From assembly GCA_037444485.1 (NCBI GenBank), contig JBBIMI010000015.1, positions 1 to 19,700 on the forward strand: 19,700 nucleotides of DNA, in the 5' to 3' direction. Made by a program: the position numbers and the translations under genes. The notes beneath the pieces are model-generated. The model was not told where the DNA came from, did not search any database, and saw nothing but the letters and a program-made list of their open reading frames with translations. This document shows, piece by piece, positions 1-8,037 of this stretch (positions within the stretch are counted from its first letter, which is position 1; the number at the start of each line of letters is the position of its first letter). The stretch is from Candidatus Micrarchaeota archaeon (lineage in GTDB: Archaea; Micrarchaeota; Micrarchaeia; Norongarragalinales; Norongarragalinaceae).

Positions 1-195
1 CTGAAAGCCAGCATTTCTGAAAAAAAGGAAACGAAGAAAAGCGTGCTTGTTAAAGACCCGGTTTGCGGAATGATTGTCGACCCCGCGACCGCAAAATTCA
101 AGCTCGAAAAAATAGGGAAAACGCATTATTTTTGTTCGAAACAATGTTTTGAAACATTCAAGAAAAGAAAGAACAAAAACGAAAAAAAGAAGTGA
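1..195 (+). CDS. YHS (TRASH-like) metal-binding domain; either the 3' end of a larger protein running in from the window edge or a ~50-aa protein from GTG at 43
   Basis: Frame 1 is open from base 1 to TGA 193-195: LKASISEKKETKKSVLVKDPVCGMIVDPATAKFKLEKIGKTHYFCSKQCFETFKK... The DPVCGM...YFCS..C signature is typical of YHS domains. Not in the supplied ORF track. Confidence 0.85.
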   Translation: MKASISEKKETKKSVLVKDPVCGMIVDPATAKFKLEKIGKTHYFCSKQCFETFKKRKNKNEKKK

Positions 196-251
196 AGAAA
201 AACAAAAAAAAAGCGAAAAAAGAAGCAAGTAAAAAAGAAAATTATAGTAAC

Positions 252-353
252 CGCCTAAAATAAAATAACGCCTAAAAATAATTAATAATCGCCTAAAAAA
301 ATGAGTCGCTTAAAAAACGGGTTTAAAAAAAACGGGTTTAAAAAAACGGGTTT
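252..353. repeat. Short intergenic repeats upstream of tpiA
   Basis: CGCCTAAAA at 252, 269 and 290. CGGGTTT at 318, 333 and 347, separated by A runs. Confidence 0.85.
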
Positions 354-356
354 TAA

Positions 357-1049
357 ATGGGTTCCGCGAAAACCATTGCACTGAATTTCAAGACGTTTCC
401 GCAAGCGTTAGGCGAACACGCATTGCGCCTCGCGCGGGCTGCTCACGGCGTTGCGGTCGCCAATCCACACGTTCTCGTAATTGCAGCGCCGGCAACACCC
501 GACTTGCACGCAATCGCACACAATCCGGAATTTCACGCGAAAAACTTTATGGTGTTTGCGCAGCATGCGGATGCGCTTGAAGCTGGACAACATACGGGCA
601 GCGTGCCGCTTGAGGCCGTGCGCGCTGCTGGTGTGCGAGGCGTTTTCGTCAACCATTCAGAAAAACGCTTGACGCGTGACGTTATTCAAAAAACAGTTGA
701 ACGCGCGCGAGCGCTTGAACTGAAGACGCTTGTTTGCGCGGAGTCGCCGCGCGAGTCACGCGAGCTCGCTCGCTTCGCGCCTTGGGCTGTCGCTGTCGAG
801 CCGCCCGAGCTTATAGGAACGGGCGTGAGCGTGAGCACCGCGCGGCCCGAGGTTGTGAAGAACGCGTTGGTTGAAGTCAAAAACGTGAATTCGAGCGTCT
901 TGTTTTTTGTTGGCGCTGGCGTGAGCAACCTTGACGACGTTCGCGCGGCAGCGCAGTTGGGTGCAGAGGGCGTGTTGCTCGCGAGTGCTTTCGTGAAGGC
1001 GCGCGAGCCTGAAAAGTTTTTGCATGAACTAGTCGAAGCGCTCGAATAA
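357..1049 (+). CDS. tpiA: Triosephosphate isomerase, short archaeal type
   Basis: NFK (catalytic Lys), AQH, HTG, NHSEKR (catalytic His), AVEPPELIGTG (catalytic Glu), GAGV, GVLLASA; 230 aa. Confidence 0.96.
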   Translation: MGSAKTIALNFKTFPQALGEHALRLARAAHGVAVANPHVLVIAAPATPDLHAIAHNPEFHAKNFMVFAQHADALEAGQHTGSVPLEAVRAAGVRGVFVNHSEKRLTRDVIQKTVERARALELKTLVCAESPRESRELARFAPWAVAVEPPELIGTGVSVSTARPEVVKNALVEVKNVNSSVLFFVGAGVSNLDDVRAAAQLGAEGVLLASAFVKAREPEKFLHELVEALE

Positions 1050-1073
1050 GAAACGCGAAAATAAGATTAGCGC

Positions 1074-1107
1074 TTGAGTACGCTTTGCTTTTGAGTACGC
1101 TTTGCTT
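1074..1107. repeat. 17-bp perfect tandem duplication
   Basis: TTGAGTACGCTTTGCTT x2 (1074-1090, 1091-1107) between convergent genes. Confidence 0.9.
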
Positions 1108-1137
1108 AACTGTTTTGTTTGCCTACTTGTTTTTGTT

Positions 1138-1557
1138 TTACTTCTTGTTTTTCTTTCCCTCGGTTTGTTTGCCTTCGAGTTGTTTGGCTATTTCGTCTCG
1201 CACGAATTCTTTCACTTGGTCTACTCTCGCGAATTCAAGTGGGTTGATTTGCTCTAGAATGAATTTGACTTCCTGTAGTTCTGTTTTCGAAGCTAGTTCG
1301 CCGCGCATCGCCTCCAAGTCTCCCCGCAGCTTTTCGAGCGCCATCGCGCTTGCGCCTCCGCCGCCAGCGCCGCCGCCTGCTTCAACTTTCTTCAAGCGTT
1401 CGTTGAATGCGACGAGCGTTCTGCCAATTACTTCCTGGTTTTTCTCGAGGTTCTTGAATCCTTGCACCAGCAAATCGATTTTCGAAGCTAGCGCGCGCAC
1501 TTCAGCTGAAACGTCTATAACGCCTGGTTTTCCGCGAACCGGCCTTTGCGCTGGCAT
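1138..1557 (-). CDS. Hypothetical coiled-coil protein, 139 aa
   Basis: ATG preceded by GGTGGTG (SD-like). Two heptad-rich helices separated by a GGGAGGGG linker, then a C-terminal INPLEFARVDQV segment. Confidence 0.75.
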   Translation of the reverse strand: MPAQRPVRGKPGVIDVSAEVRALASKIDLLVQGFKNLEKNQEVIGRTLVAFNERLKKVEAGGGAGGGGASAMALEKLRGDLEAMRGELASKTELQEVKFILEQINPLEFARVDQVKEFVRDEIAKQLEGKQTEGKKNKK

Positions 1558-1727
1558 TAAAACACCACCGTTTTTTTGATTGAATCGTTTTTTTGATTGA
1601 ATTTTATTAAAATTTTATTAAATCAAGAAAATTAATAGCAAGTGTTTTATTAAACGAGCGTTTAAAAGCTTTAAGGAGGAAAAGCGTTTCCAACTTATTC
1701 TGGGTTTTTTGAAGGTGTTTCTAGGCT
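1558..1727. promoter_or_regulatory. AT-rich divergent promoter region containing tandem duplications
   Basis: CGTTTTTTTGATTGAAT x2 (1569-1602), ATTTTATTAAA x2 (1601-1622), TATA-like TTTAAAAG near 1661, SD-like GAAGGTG at 1711-1717. Confidence 0.55.
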
Positions 1728-4184
1728 TTGGTTGAGGTTGAAGATGACGCTGGTTTCGAGAAAGCGTTTTTGCTTGACGTAGACTTCGTAGAACTCAAAG
1801 GCAAGCCGGCGATTCGCTTGATGCTGCAGAGCGAGAAAAGCGGGAAGACGTTCCGCGTTTACGACCAAACGTTTGAACCATACTATTACGTCTTGCCTCG
1901 CGGCGATTTCGCTTTCATTAAACAATCGCTTGAGAAACTCCAGGTTTTAGAACGCGGCGAGAAAATTTCCGTCAAGCGGGTTGAAGAAACAATGCGTAAA
2001 TTCAAGTTTAAGCCGGTGCGCTTGCTGAAAGTAATCGCGTTCCACCCGGGACACATTCCAAAACTGCGTGAAGAAAGCACGCGCTTTGGAACAGTCTTCG
2101 AAGCAGACATTCCTTTTTATAAAAGGTATATCATCGACAAGAGGCTCTCGCCGTGCGGGCTTGTTGAAGTCAAACGCAGTGGGTTGAACGCGCTTGAAGT
2201 GCGGCCTTGCGGAGAGGACGAAGCTGGAAAAACAGTAGAATTTAAAGTCATGTCGCTAGATATAGAAACCTACAACCCAAACGTTATCCCTAATCCCTCG
2301 AAAGACGCGTGCTTGATGATCGGCTACGCTGGCGAGGGAATTGAAGGAGTTTACTCTTTCCAAAAAAAGTTTTCCAAGCCCTTCGTTAAGACTTTCGCGA
2401 ACGAAAAAGAAATGCTTGAAGCTTTTTGCAGGCTTCTCCGCGAAAAACACGTCGACTTGCTGTGCACTTACAACGGTGATTCGTTCGACTTGCCTTACTT
2501 GCAGGAACGCGCGAAACAACTGAAAGCCGATTTTCGCTTGGGGCGCGACCGCTTGCCAGTCAAGACGAAGCGCATCGGGATGCGTGTTGTCTCGGAAATA
2601 GGCGGGCGCGTGCATTACGACGTTTTGCCGGTCGCTGCATTCATGGATTTTACTGGAACAATCAAAGTCCCCAACCTAACGCTCGAAAAAGTTTACGCGG
2701 AAGTGCTCGGCGGAAAAAAGTTAGAGTTTGATGCTGCACAAACGTGGCGTGTTTGGGATTCCGGCGACGAAAAACAACTCGACTTTCTAGCCGAGTACTG
2801 CGTTACAGACGCGCGAGCGTGCCTCGAACTCGCAAAACACTTTCTTTACCTGCAAACTGAATTAAGCAAGTTGCTGCACATGACGTTGTTCGACGTGTCA
2901 CGCGCGACTTCAAGCCAACTCGTCGAATCCCTGCTCTTACGCAAAGCGTTCGAACGCGGCGAACTGGTACCAAACAAGCCGAGTGACGCTGAAGTTGCAG
3001 CTAGAGAACGCGAGCCGATTCAAGGCGCTTTCGTGAAAATGCCGTTTCCAGGCGTCTATAACAATATCGCGGTTTTTGACTTTCGCAGCTTGTATCCAAG
3101 CATCATCATTTCACACAACGTGGATGCGAGCACCCTCAATTGCGATTGTTGTTCGCGTGAGGAAGCATTCGTCTCGCCGCAGGGACACAAGTTCTGCGCA
3201 AAAAACAAGGGAATAATACCACAAGTTCTTGATGCTATTTTAAGCGAACGCATTAAAGTCAAAAGCGCTTTAAAAAACGCGCCGCGCGATTCTCGAGAGT
3301 ACGAATTGCTTTACGCGCGGCAGTGGGGCTTAAAGATTTTCGCGAATTCGGTGTATGGCTTGACGCTGCACCCGCACTTCCGTTGGTACTCGCGCGCTGC
3401 GGGCGAGTCGACGACTGCGTGGGCGAGACACTACATTCAAGAAACTATGCGGAAAGCCGAGGAAGAAGGCTTTCGAGTACTGTACGGGGACACCGATTCC
3501 GTCATGATTCTTTTCAAACCAGGCGAAGAAGAAAAACTAAAAGAATTCCAGAAGCGCATAAACGAGGAACTCCCAGAAAAAATGGAACTCGAACTAGAAG
3601 GGTTTTATCCTCGCGGGATTTTCGTCTCGAAAAAACAAGAGGCGGAGAAGGGAGCGAAAAAAAAGTACGCGTTAATCGACGCTGAAGGCAGAATCAAGAT
3701 TCGCGGTTTCGAGCTCGTGCGCCGCGATTGGTCGCGAGTCGCGCGACACACGCAACGCACGGTCCTCGAGATTTTGTTGAAGGAAGGCAACGTGCAGAAA
3801 GCGATCGACTACGTGCGGGACGTCGTCGCGCGGCTGAAGAGCGGTGAAACGCCGCTGGAAGACTGCGTGATTTACACGCAGTTGCAGAAGAGCACTGGCG
3901 CTTACGAAGTCAAGAGCCCCGAGTTAAGCGCGGTGCTCAAGGCGCGCAAGGCGGGCCTCGTAGTGCCTGAAGGAGCGGTTGTCGGTTACGTCATAACGCG
4001 GCAAGGCAAAAGCATTTCTGAAAAAGCTGTTCTCGCAAAGCAAGTGAAACCCGGCGATTACGACGCTGATTACTACGTGAACAACCAAGTATTGCCTGCG
4101 GTTCTCAAGATTCTCGGCGCGTTAGGCGTGGGGAAAGACGACATCAAATTGAAGGGCAGCCAATCAAAGCTCGGTGGTTGGTAA
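1728..4184 (+). CDS. polB: Family B DNA polymerase (archaeal PolB3-like) with 3'-5' exonuclease
   Basis: ExoI LDIET, ExoII YNGDSFDLPYL, ExoIII YCVTD; motif A DFRSLYPSII, motif B KIFANSVYG, motif C YGDTDS; KKKYA; RGFELVRRDW; C-terminal PIP-like QSKLGGW. TTG start, no intein. Confidence 0.97.
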   Translation: MVEVEDDAGFEKAFLLDVDFVELKGKPAIRLMLQSEKSGKTFRVYDQTFEPYYYVLPRGDFAFIKQSLEKLQVLERGEKISVKRVEETMRKFKFKPVRLLKVIAFHPGHIPKLREESTRFGTVFEADIPFYKRYIIDKRLSPCGLVEVKRSGLNALEVRPCGEDEAGKTVEFKVMSLDIETYNPNVIPNPSKDACLMIGYAGEGIEGVYSFQKKFSKPFVKTFANEKEMLEAFCRLLREKHVDLLCTYNGDSFDLPYLQERAKQLKADFRLGRDRLPVKTKRIGMRVVSEIGGRVHYDVLPVAAFMDFTGTIKVPNLTLEKVYAEVLGGKKLEFDAAQTWRVWDSGDEKQLDFLAEYCVTDARACLELAKHFLYLQTELSKLLHMTLFDVSRATSSQLVESLLLRKAFERGELVPNKPSDAEVAAREREPIQGAFVKMPFPGVYNNIAVFDFRSLYPSIIISHNVDASTLNCDCCSREEAFVSPQGHKFCAKNKGIIPQVLDAILSERIKVKSALKNAPRDSREYELLYARQWGLKIFANSVYGLTLHPHFRWYSRAAGESTTAWARHYIQETMRKAEEEGFRVLYGDTDSVMILFKPGEEEKLKEFQKRINEELPEKMELELEGFYPRGIFVSKKQEAEKGAKKKYALIDAEGRIKIRGFELVRRDWSRVARHTQRTVLEILLKEGNVQKAIDYVRDVVARLKSGETPLEDCVIYTQLQKSTGAYEVKSPELSAVLKARKAGLVVPEGAVVGYVITRQGKSISEKAVLAKQVKPGDYDADYYVNNQVLPAVLKILGALGVGKDDIKLKGSQSKLGGW

Positions 4185-4195
4185 AATTTTTTAAT

Positions 4196-4235
4196 GCGTT
4201 TGGTTGAGAAACCCCGCGAGTTCGATCGCGGATGC
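4196..4235 (+). other. Compact double-hairpin element just downstream of polB
   Basis: GGTT-GAGA-AACC (GNRA loop, 4202-4213) directly followed by CCGCGA-GTTCGA-TCGCGG (4214-4231), possibly closed by GCGT/ATGC. Confidence 0.4.
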
Positions 4236-4280
4236 GGTCGTGAAAAAAAATCGTAACAAGCCTCTTTTTTGAGCCCAGCA

Positions 4281-4383
4281 TTTTATTATTTTATTTTTTA
4301 TTTTATTATTTTATTTTATTATTTTAATTTTTTTCTTGTTTTTCTTTTTTTGTTTTTTTTCGTTTTTCTTTTTTTGTTTTTTG
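4281..4383 (+). repeat. T-rich low-complexity tract, possibly terminator-associated
   Basis: About 100 nt of TTTTA/TTATT units grading into TTTTTG/TTTTTC units, on the sense strand 3' of polB. Confidence 0.85.
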
Positions 4384-4477
4384 TAGCGGCCGCGCGTTAA
4401 CGTGCGAGAGGATAACAATCCCGCCGACAAAAACTGGCGTCTTACCGAATGCTTACACATTCAGGTGTGAGTCGTTA
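4384..4477 (+). ncRNA. Candidate structured RNA with a five-way junction, family unknown
   Basis: Closing stem TAGCGGC/GTCGTTA plus four adjacent hairpins, with only 3 unpaired junction nucleotides. Five G-U pairs favour the + strand. Confidence 0.5.
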
Positions 4478-4500
4478 AAGAAAAGTTTTTAAAGATTTTT

Positions 4501-5562
4501 TTAAGCTGGCGGAAAGCCGGGTGGCAGCGGAGTTGTTGAAACAGGTTTTGTTGGGGCTGGCGTTTCCACGCCGCCGGGCGCAGTGGTTTCCAGCGGCGTT
4601 CCGCCGGCAGGTGCAGGCGCGCTTGCGAGAACGCAATCGCGAGTTACTTTCACGAAGTACCCTGACCCAGGGTAAAGTGAGGGTGATTCTACGTAATCAA
4701 GCGCTGCGTAATCCCAAGTCCACGGTCCGCTTTCGATGGTGCAGTCGCCTTTGATAGAGTCGAAAAGCGTTTGCGAGTTTGGTGAAGCAACCAAGTTCCA
4801 ACCTGCGTGAAGAGTCCACTCGCTTAGCGTCGTCGGCGCATTGCCGTTGAACGTCGCTTCGCATGCGGCGTCAGAGAAAACCCAGTAAGCTTCTTGAGCG
4901 TCTACTTCAACAAAGCGTTTCAACAAATCGATTTTTGAATACTCTTGACGCGTTGAATCAAAACGCCAGACGTTTACGGCGTTCTTGTCGCATGTTGTAG
5001 ACTCGACGTTGATTAATAGTTTTGGTGGGCAAGGGAACGCCGGGCAAACTATGGTTTTTGAAAACGCGATTGGAATTGAAATCAGGTTCCAGCCCGGCGA
5101 GAATTTAATCGAGAATTTAATCGGGAATGATTGAGAAGAGGCAATTATTCCGCTAACGCTAGTCTTGTTGTCTTCACCGCCCGCAGTTATTTCCACGCCT
5201 TGCTGAGGCGTTCCAGTGCCTTGCGGAAATGTTCCAGCGCCTTGCTGGGAAATTATTCCGCTGAACACGTCGCCGCAAGTCGCAAACTGCTTGGGATTGA
5301 AAGCATCTTTGTAAGCTTGACAAGCTTGAGGCAACGGGCTAGGCAAATTATTTCCTAACTCGATATTTCCAGAAACTCCGTAACAATCAGGTTTTTGAGC
5401 TAGTTCGCGCGCGCAAGCTTGCAGTTGAATGTCTTTCGCGCCTGCGCCGAAAACGCTGCCGCGCAACAACACAATAGCGAGTACTACTACGAGCAACACG
5501 CCCGCAAGCAGCAATACGTACTCGAAAGTTCCCTGCCCTTTTTTAATAAAATTTTTCTTCAA
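4501..5562 (-). CDS. Class III (prepilin-type) signal peptide surface protein with two GWNL repeats
   Basis: MKKNFIKKG/QGTFEYVLLLAGVLLVVVLAIVLL (KG/Q cleavage site, E at +5, hydrophobic helix). Repeats FSPGWNLISIP and LHAGWNLVASP, paired Cys residues, Pro/Thr-rich tail. TTG start. Confidence 0.8.
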   Translation of the reverse strand: MKKNFIKKGQGTFEYVLLLAGVLLVVVLAIVLLRGSVFGAGAKDIQLQACARELAQKPDCYGVSGNIELGNNLPSPLPQACQAYKDAFNPKQFATCGDVFSGIISQQGAGTFPQGTGTPQQGVEITAGGEDNKTSVSGIIASSQSFPIKFSIKFSPGWNLISIPIAFSKTIVCPAFPCPPKLLINVESTTCDKNAVNVWRFDSTRQEYSKIDLLKRFVEVDAQEAYWVFSDAACEATFNGNAPTTLSEWTLHAGWNLVASPNSQTLFDSIKGDCTIESGPWTWDYAALDYVESPSLYPGSGYFVKVTRDCVLASAPAPAGGTPLETTAPGGVETPAPTKPVSTTPLPPGFPPA

Positions 5563-5672
5563 AGCGAATTACTTCCCCCAATTTACGTAACACTGAAAGG
5601 CAACAAAATTAATTAGAGAGCAACCCCTTTTAAAACGATTGATTTTTTAAGCAGCGTGTTCCTATAATTTGG

Positions 5673-5708
5673 TTACTAAAAATTACTAAAAAAAATAATT
5701 ACTAAAAA
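5673..5708. repeat. TTACTAAAAA x3 in the divergent promoter region upstream of lemA
   Basis: Copies at 5673, 5683 and 5699, followed by SD-like GGAGG near 5719. Confidence 0.8.
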
Positions 5709-5731
5709 ATTGTTTTTGGGAGGTTTTTGAA

Positions 5732-6280
5732 GTGATTGAATGGGTTTTGCTTGGAGTGATAGTAGTAATCGTGTTGGCGGTAGTGCTTATTTACAACAAC
5801 TTGGTTTCGCTGCGCAATCGCGTTGAAAATGCTTGGTCGCAGATTGACGTGCAGCTCAAGCGAAGGTTTGACTTGATTCCGAACCTCGTTGAAACAGTTA
5901 AAGGTTACATGAAGCACGAGCGGGAAGTACTTACTGAAATAACGAAGGCCCGCGCCGCCATGGCAAGCGCGAAAACCGTGCGCGAGCAAGCTCGCGCTAG
6001 CAACATGATTTCAGACGCTCTTAAAACACTTTTCGCAGTTGCAGAAAACTACCCGCAGTTGAAAGCGAACGAAAACTTTAAACTACTTCAAGAACAACTT
6101 GAAGGAACCGAAAACAAGATCGCGTACGCGCGCCAGTTTTACAACGATTCAGTGCAAGAATACAACATCGCAATCCAGACTTTTCCGGGCAACGTTTTCG
6201 CTAACGCGTTCGGCTTCACGAAGAAAGAGTTTTTTGAAGCGCCGGCAAGCGAACGCGCGCCAGTTAAAGTCAAATTCTAA
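5732..6280 (+). CDS. lemA: LemA family protein
   Basis: N-terminal TM helix; [70 protein letters not shown]. Confidence 0.96.
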   Translation: MIEWVLLGVIVVIVLAVVLIYNNLVSLRNRVENAWSQIDVQLKRRFDLIPNLVETVKGYMKHEREVLTEITKARAAMASAKTVREQARASNMISDALKTLFAVAENYPQLKANENFKLLQEQLEGTENKIAYARQFYNDSVQEYNIAIQTFPGNVFANAFGFTKKEFFEAPASERAPVKVKF

Positions 6281-6319
6281 TTCCCTTTATTCTTCTTTAA
6301 TTTTTTCTTTCAGCAAAAG

Positions 6320-7252
6320 GTGGTCGGCGTGTCTTTATACGGCGAAATCGCTTCCAACAAGTTCAAGACTTACTTGCTGGCCGCATTGTTCTTCGCGCTA
6401 GTTGGGCTAATCGTCTACTTTGCTGCCTTCCTGTTGAGTGGCGCCACTGGCTTGAGTTTAAGCGTTATCGCTTTCATAATCGCTGTGGCGACTAGCTTCA
6501 TCGCGTATTACGAGAGTGACAAAATCGTTTTGAGTTTAGCGCGCGCGCGGCCTGCTGACGAACGCGAACACGCTTTCCTCGTAAACACTGTTGAAGGCTT
6601 AGCGATTGCCGCTGGAATTCCGAAACCCCGCGTTTACGTGATTGAAGACGATGCGATAAACGCGCTTGCGACAGGGCGCGACCCAAAGCACGCGGCAGTC
6701 GCGGTCACTACTGGCGCGTTAAAGAAACTCAACCGCGCCGAGCTCGAAGGCGTAATCGCGCACGAGATAGCGCACGTCAAGAATTACGACATTCGACTCG
6801 CAACCATTGCTGCCGTAATGGCTGGATTCATCATTATTCTCGCCGACCTTATTTTCCGCGCGTCTTTTTACGGCGGCCGCGGGCAAGACCGCGAGGAAGG
6901 GAAAGGTTCCGCAGTGCTAGTAATCGCCGGCATCGCGTTACTCGTCCTCTCCCCGATTTTCGCGCAACTCATTAAAGCCGCGTTGTCACGCAGGCGTGAA
7001 GCGCTTGCTGACGTGAGCGGCGTGATGCTCACGCGTTACCCTGACGGGCTGTTGAACGCGTTACGCAAGCTCGCGCGAAGCGAAGGCGAAGCAGCGAGAA
7101 TAGAAGGCGCGAGTGAAGCCATTTCGCATCTTTACTTCGCGAATCCGTTGAGTGGCAAGCTTTTTTCAAACTTGTTCAGCACGCACCCGCCGTTGGAAGA
7201 GAGAATCGCGGTTCTCGAGAAGTATGCTTTGGAAGCGAAGAAAGCAAAATAA
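6320..7252 (+). CDS. htpX: HtpX-like M48 zinc metalloprotease
   Basis: INALATG, HEIAH (HExxH), SRRREALAD, FSTHPPLEERI, four TM segments, and the typical position downstream of lemA. Confidence 0.93.
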   Translation: MVGVSLYGEIASNKFKTYLLAALFFALVGLIVYFAAFLLSGATGLSLSVIAFIIAVATSFIAYYESDKIVLSLARARPADEREHAFLVNTVEGLAIAAGIPKPRVYVIEDDAINALATGRDPKHAAVAVTTGALKKLNRAELEGVIAHEIAHVKNYDIRLATIAAVMAGFIIILADLIFRASFYGGRGQDREEGKGSAVLVIAGIALLVLSPIFAQLIKAALSRRREALADVSGVMLTRYPDGLLNALRKLARSEGEAARIEGASEAISHLYFANPLSGKLFSNLFSTHPPLEERIAVLEKYALEAKKAK

Positions 7253-7272
7253 AGATAAAAGCAAGAATCGGG

Positions 7273-7757
7273 TTATTGCGGCGGGGTTAACACGATTTTT
7301 CCGCAGTCGCCGCTTTTCATCAGCTGCATGGCCTTGTCGAACTCGGAGAGCGGCTTGTGCGTGATTATCTTCCGCAGGTCAACGAATCCTTTGCGGAGGA
7401 ACTCGCGCGCTTGAAACCACGTTTCGAACATCTTCCTGCCGTCAACGCCGTAAACGCGGGCTGCTTTGAACACGATGTCATTCGTCACGTCGATCTCTAC
7501 AGGCTTTGCAAAAACCCCGAGTATCGACGCGCGGCCGCCAGCGCGCAGCGCTTTAAAGCCTTGTTGGAATGCTTGCGGGTTTCCGCTCACTTCAACGAAA
7601 ACGTCGACCTTCCGACCTCCGTTCGCGTGAATTATTTCGGAAACCGCGTCGCTCTCGCGCGCGTTAACGACCAGGTTGCACCCATTTTCTTCGCCGTTTC
7701 CAAACAGTAGGGCTTGACATCGGCCGCGTGCACTGCGCTCGCGCCGAGGGTTTTCGC
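7273..7757 (-). pseudogene. tdh: 3' remnant of L-threonine 3-dehydrogenase (Zn-dependent MDR family)
   Basis: AKTLGASAVHAADVKPYCLETAKKMGA, then a one-base-loss frameshift near 7676, then LVVNARE...VDVFVEVSGNPQAF...IVFKAARVYGVDGRKMFETW...IITH...SGDCGKIVL. The catalytic N-terminal half is absent. Confidence 0.85.
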
Positions 7758-7905
7758 TCTTCCGAAGGTGTTTTCGCTCTTCTGATAGTGTTTCTGATGG
7801 TGGCGCAGGACAAGGCGCGAGTTCGCATGATGGTGAACGCCGCGTTGACGCGCGAAGATTTGGACTTCGCGCTTTCAGCGTTCGAAAAAAATCGGCAGAA
7901 ACTTG
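7757..7905 (+). pseudogene. kbl: 3' remnant of glycine C-acetyltransferase (2-amino-3-ketobutyrate CoA ligase, AONS family)
   Basis: EGVFALLIVFLMVAQDKARVRMMVNAALTREDLDFALSAFEK, then a +1 shift in the A7 run to IGRNL. This matches the family C-terminus pattern EGVFA.PIVFP.V....ARIR....A..T.EDLD.AL.AF.K.G. Confidence 0.75.
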
Positions 7906-7994
7906 CGGCAGAAACTTGCGATAATCTGAGAATACGCTTCTAAGAATACTCTTCTGAGAATATGCTTCTGAGAATATGCTTCTGAGAATACGTT
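7893..7994. repeat. 13-bp duplication followed by a 5 x 14-bp tandem array
   Basis: CGGCAGAAACTTG x2 (7893-7918). Consensus TCTGAGAATAYGCT at 7925, 7939, 7953, 7967 and 7981, with no spacers. Confidence 0.92.
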
Positions 7995-8037
7995 TAGATG
8001 GTAGAAACCATTAAAAGAAGACTTTTTCTTTAGTTGG

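Noticed and set aside
1728..4184. Intein or inactivated PolB2
   Set aside because: Length is normal, motifs are contiguous and all catalytic Asp motifs are present.
4251..4260. TCGTAACAAG, matching the 16S rRNA 3' conserved region
   Set aside because: Only 10 nt, with no flanking rRNA similarity.
4386..4421. NotI site and lac operator-like GGATAACAAT suggesting vector contamination
   Set aside because: The match is only about 10 nt, there is no other vector sequence, and both fit within the predicted stems.
4310..4460. Short minus-strand ORF MCKHSVRRQF... over the structured element
   Set aside because: About 50 codons, half of them poly-Lys from the T tract, with no SD. The base-pairing pattern explains the sequence better.
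4384..4477. tRNA (including tRNA-Sec) or 5S rRNA identity for the cloverleaf element
   Set aside because: No TTCRA loop, no 7-nt anticodon loop in the right arm, and no 5S conserved CCGAAC context.
7728..7943. 71-aa ORF as an intact gene
   Set aside because: It is a chimera of antisense tdh, the kbl remnant and repeat sequence.
7925..7994. Possible CRISPR array
   Set aside because: Units are 14 bp and contiguous, with no spacers and no cas genes in the window.
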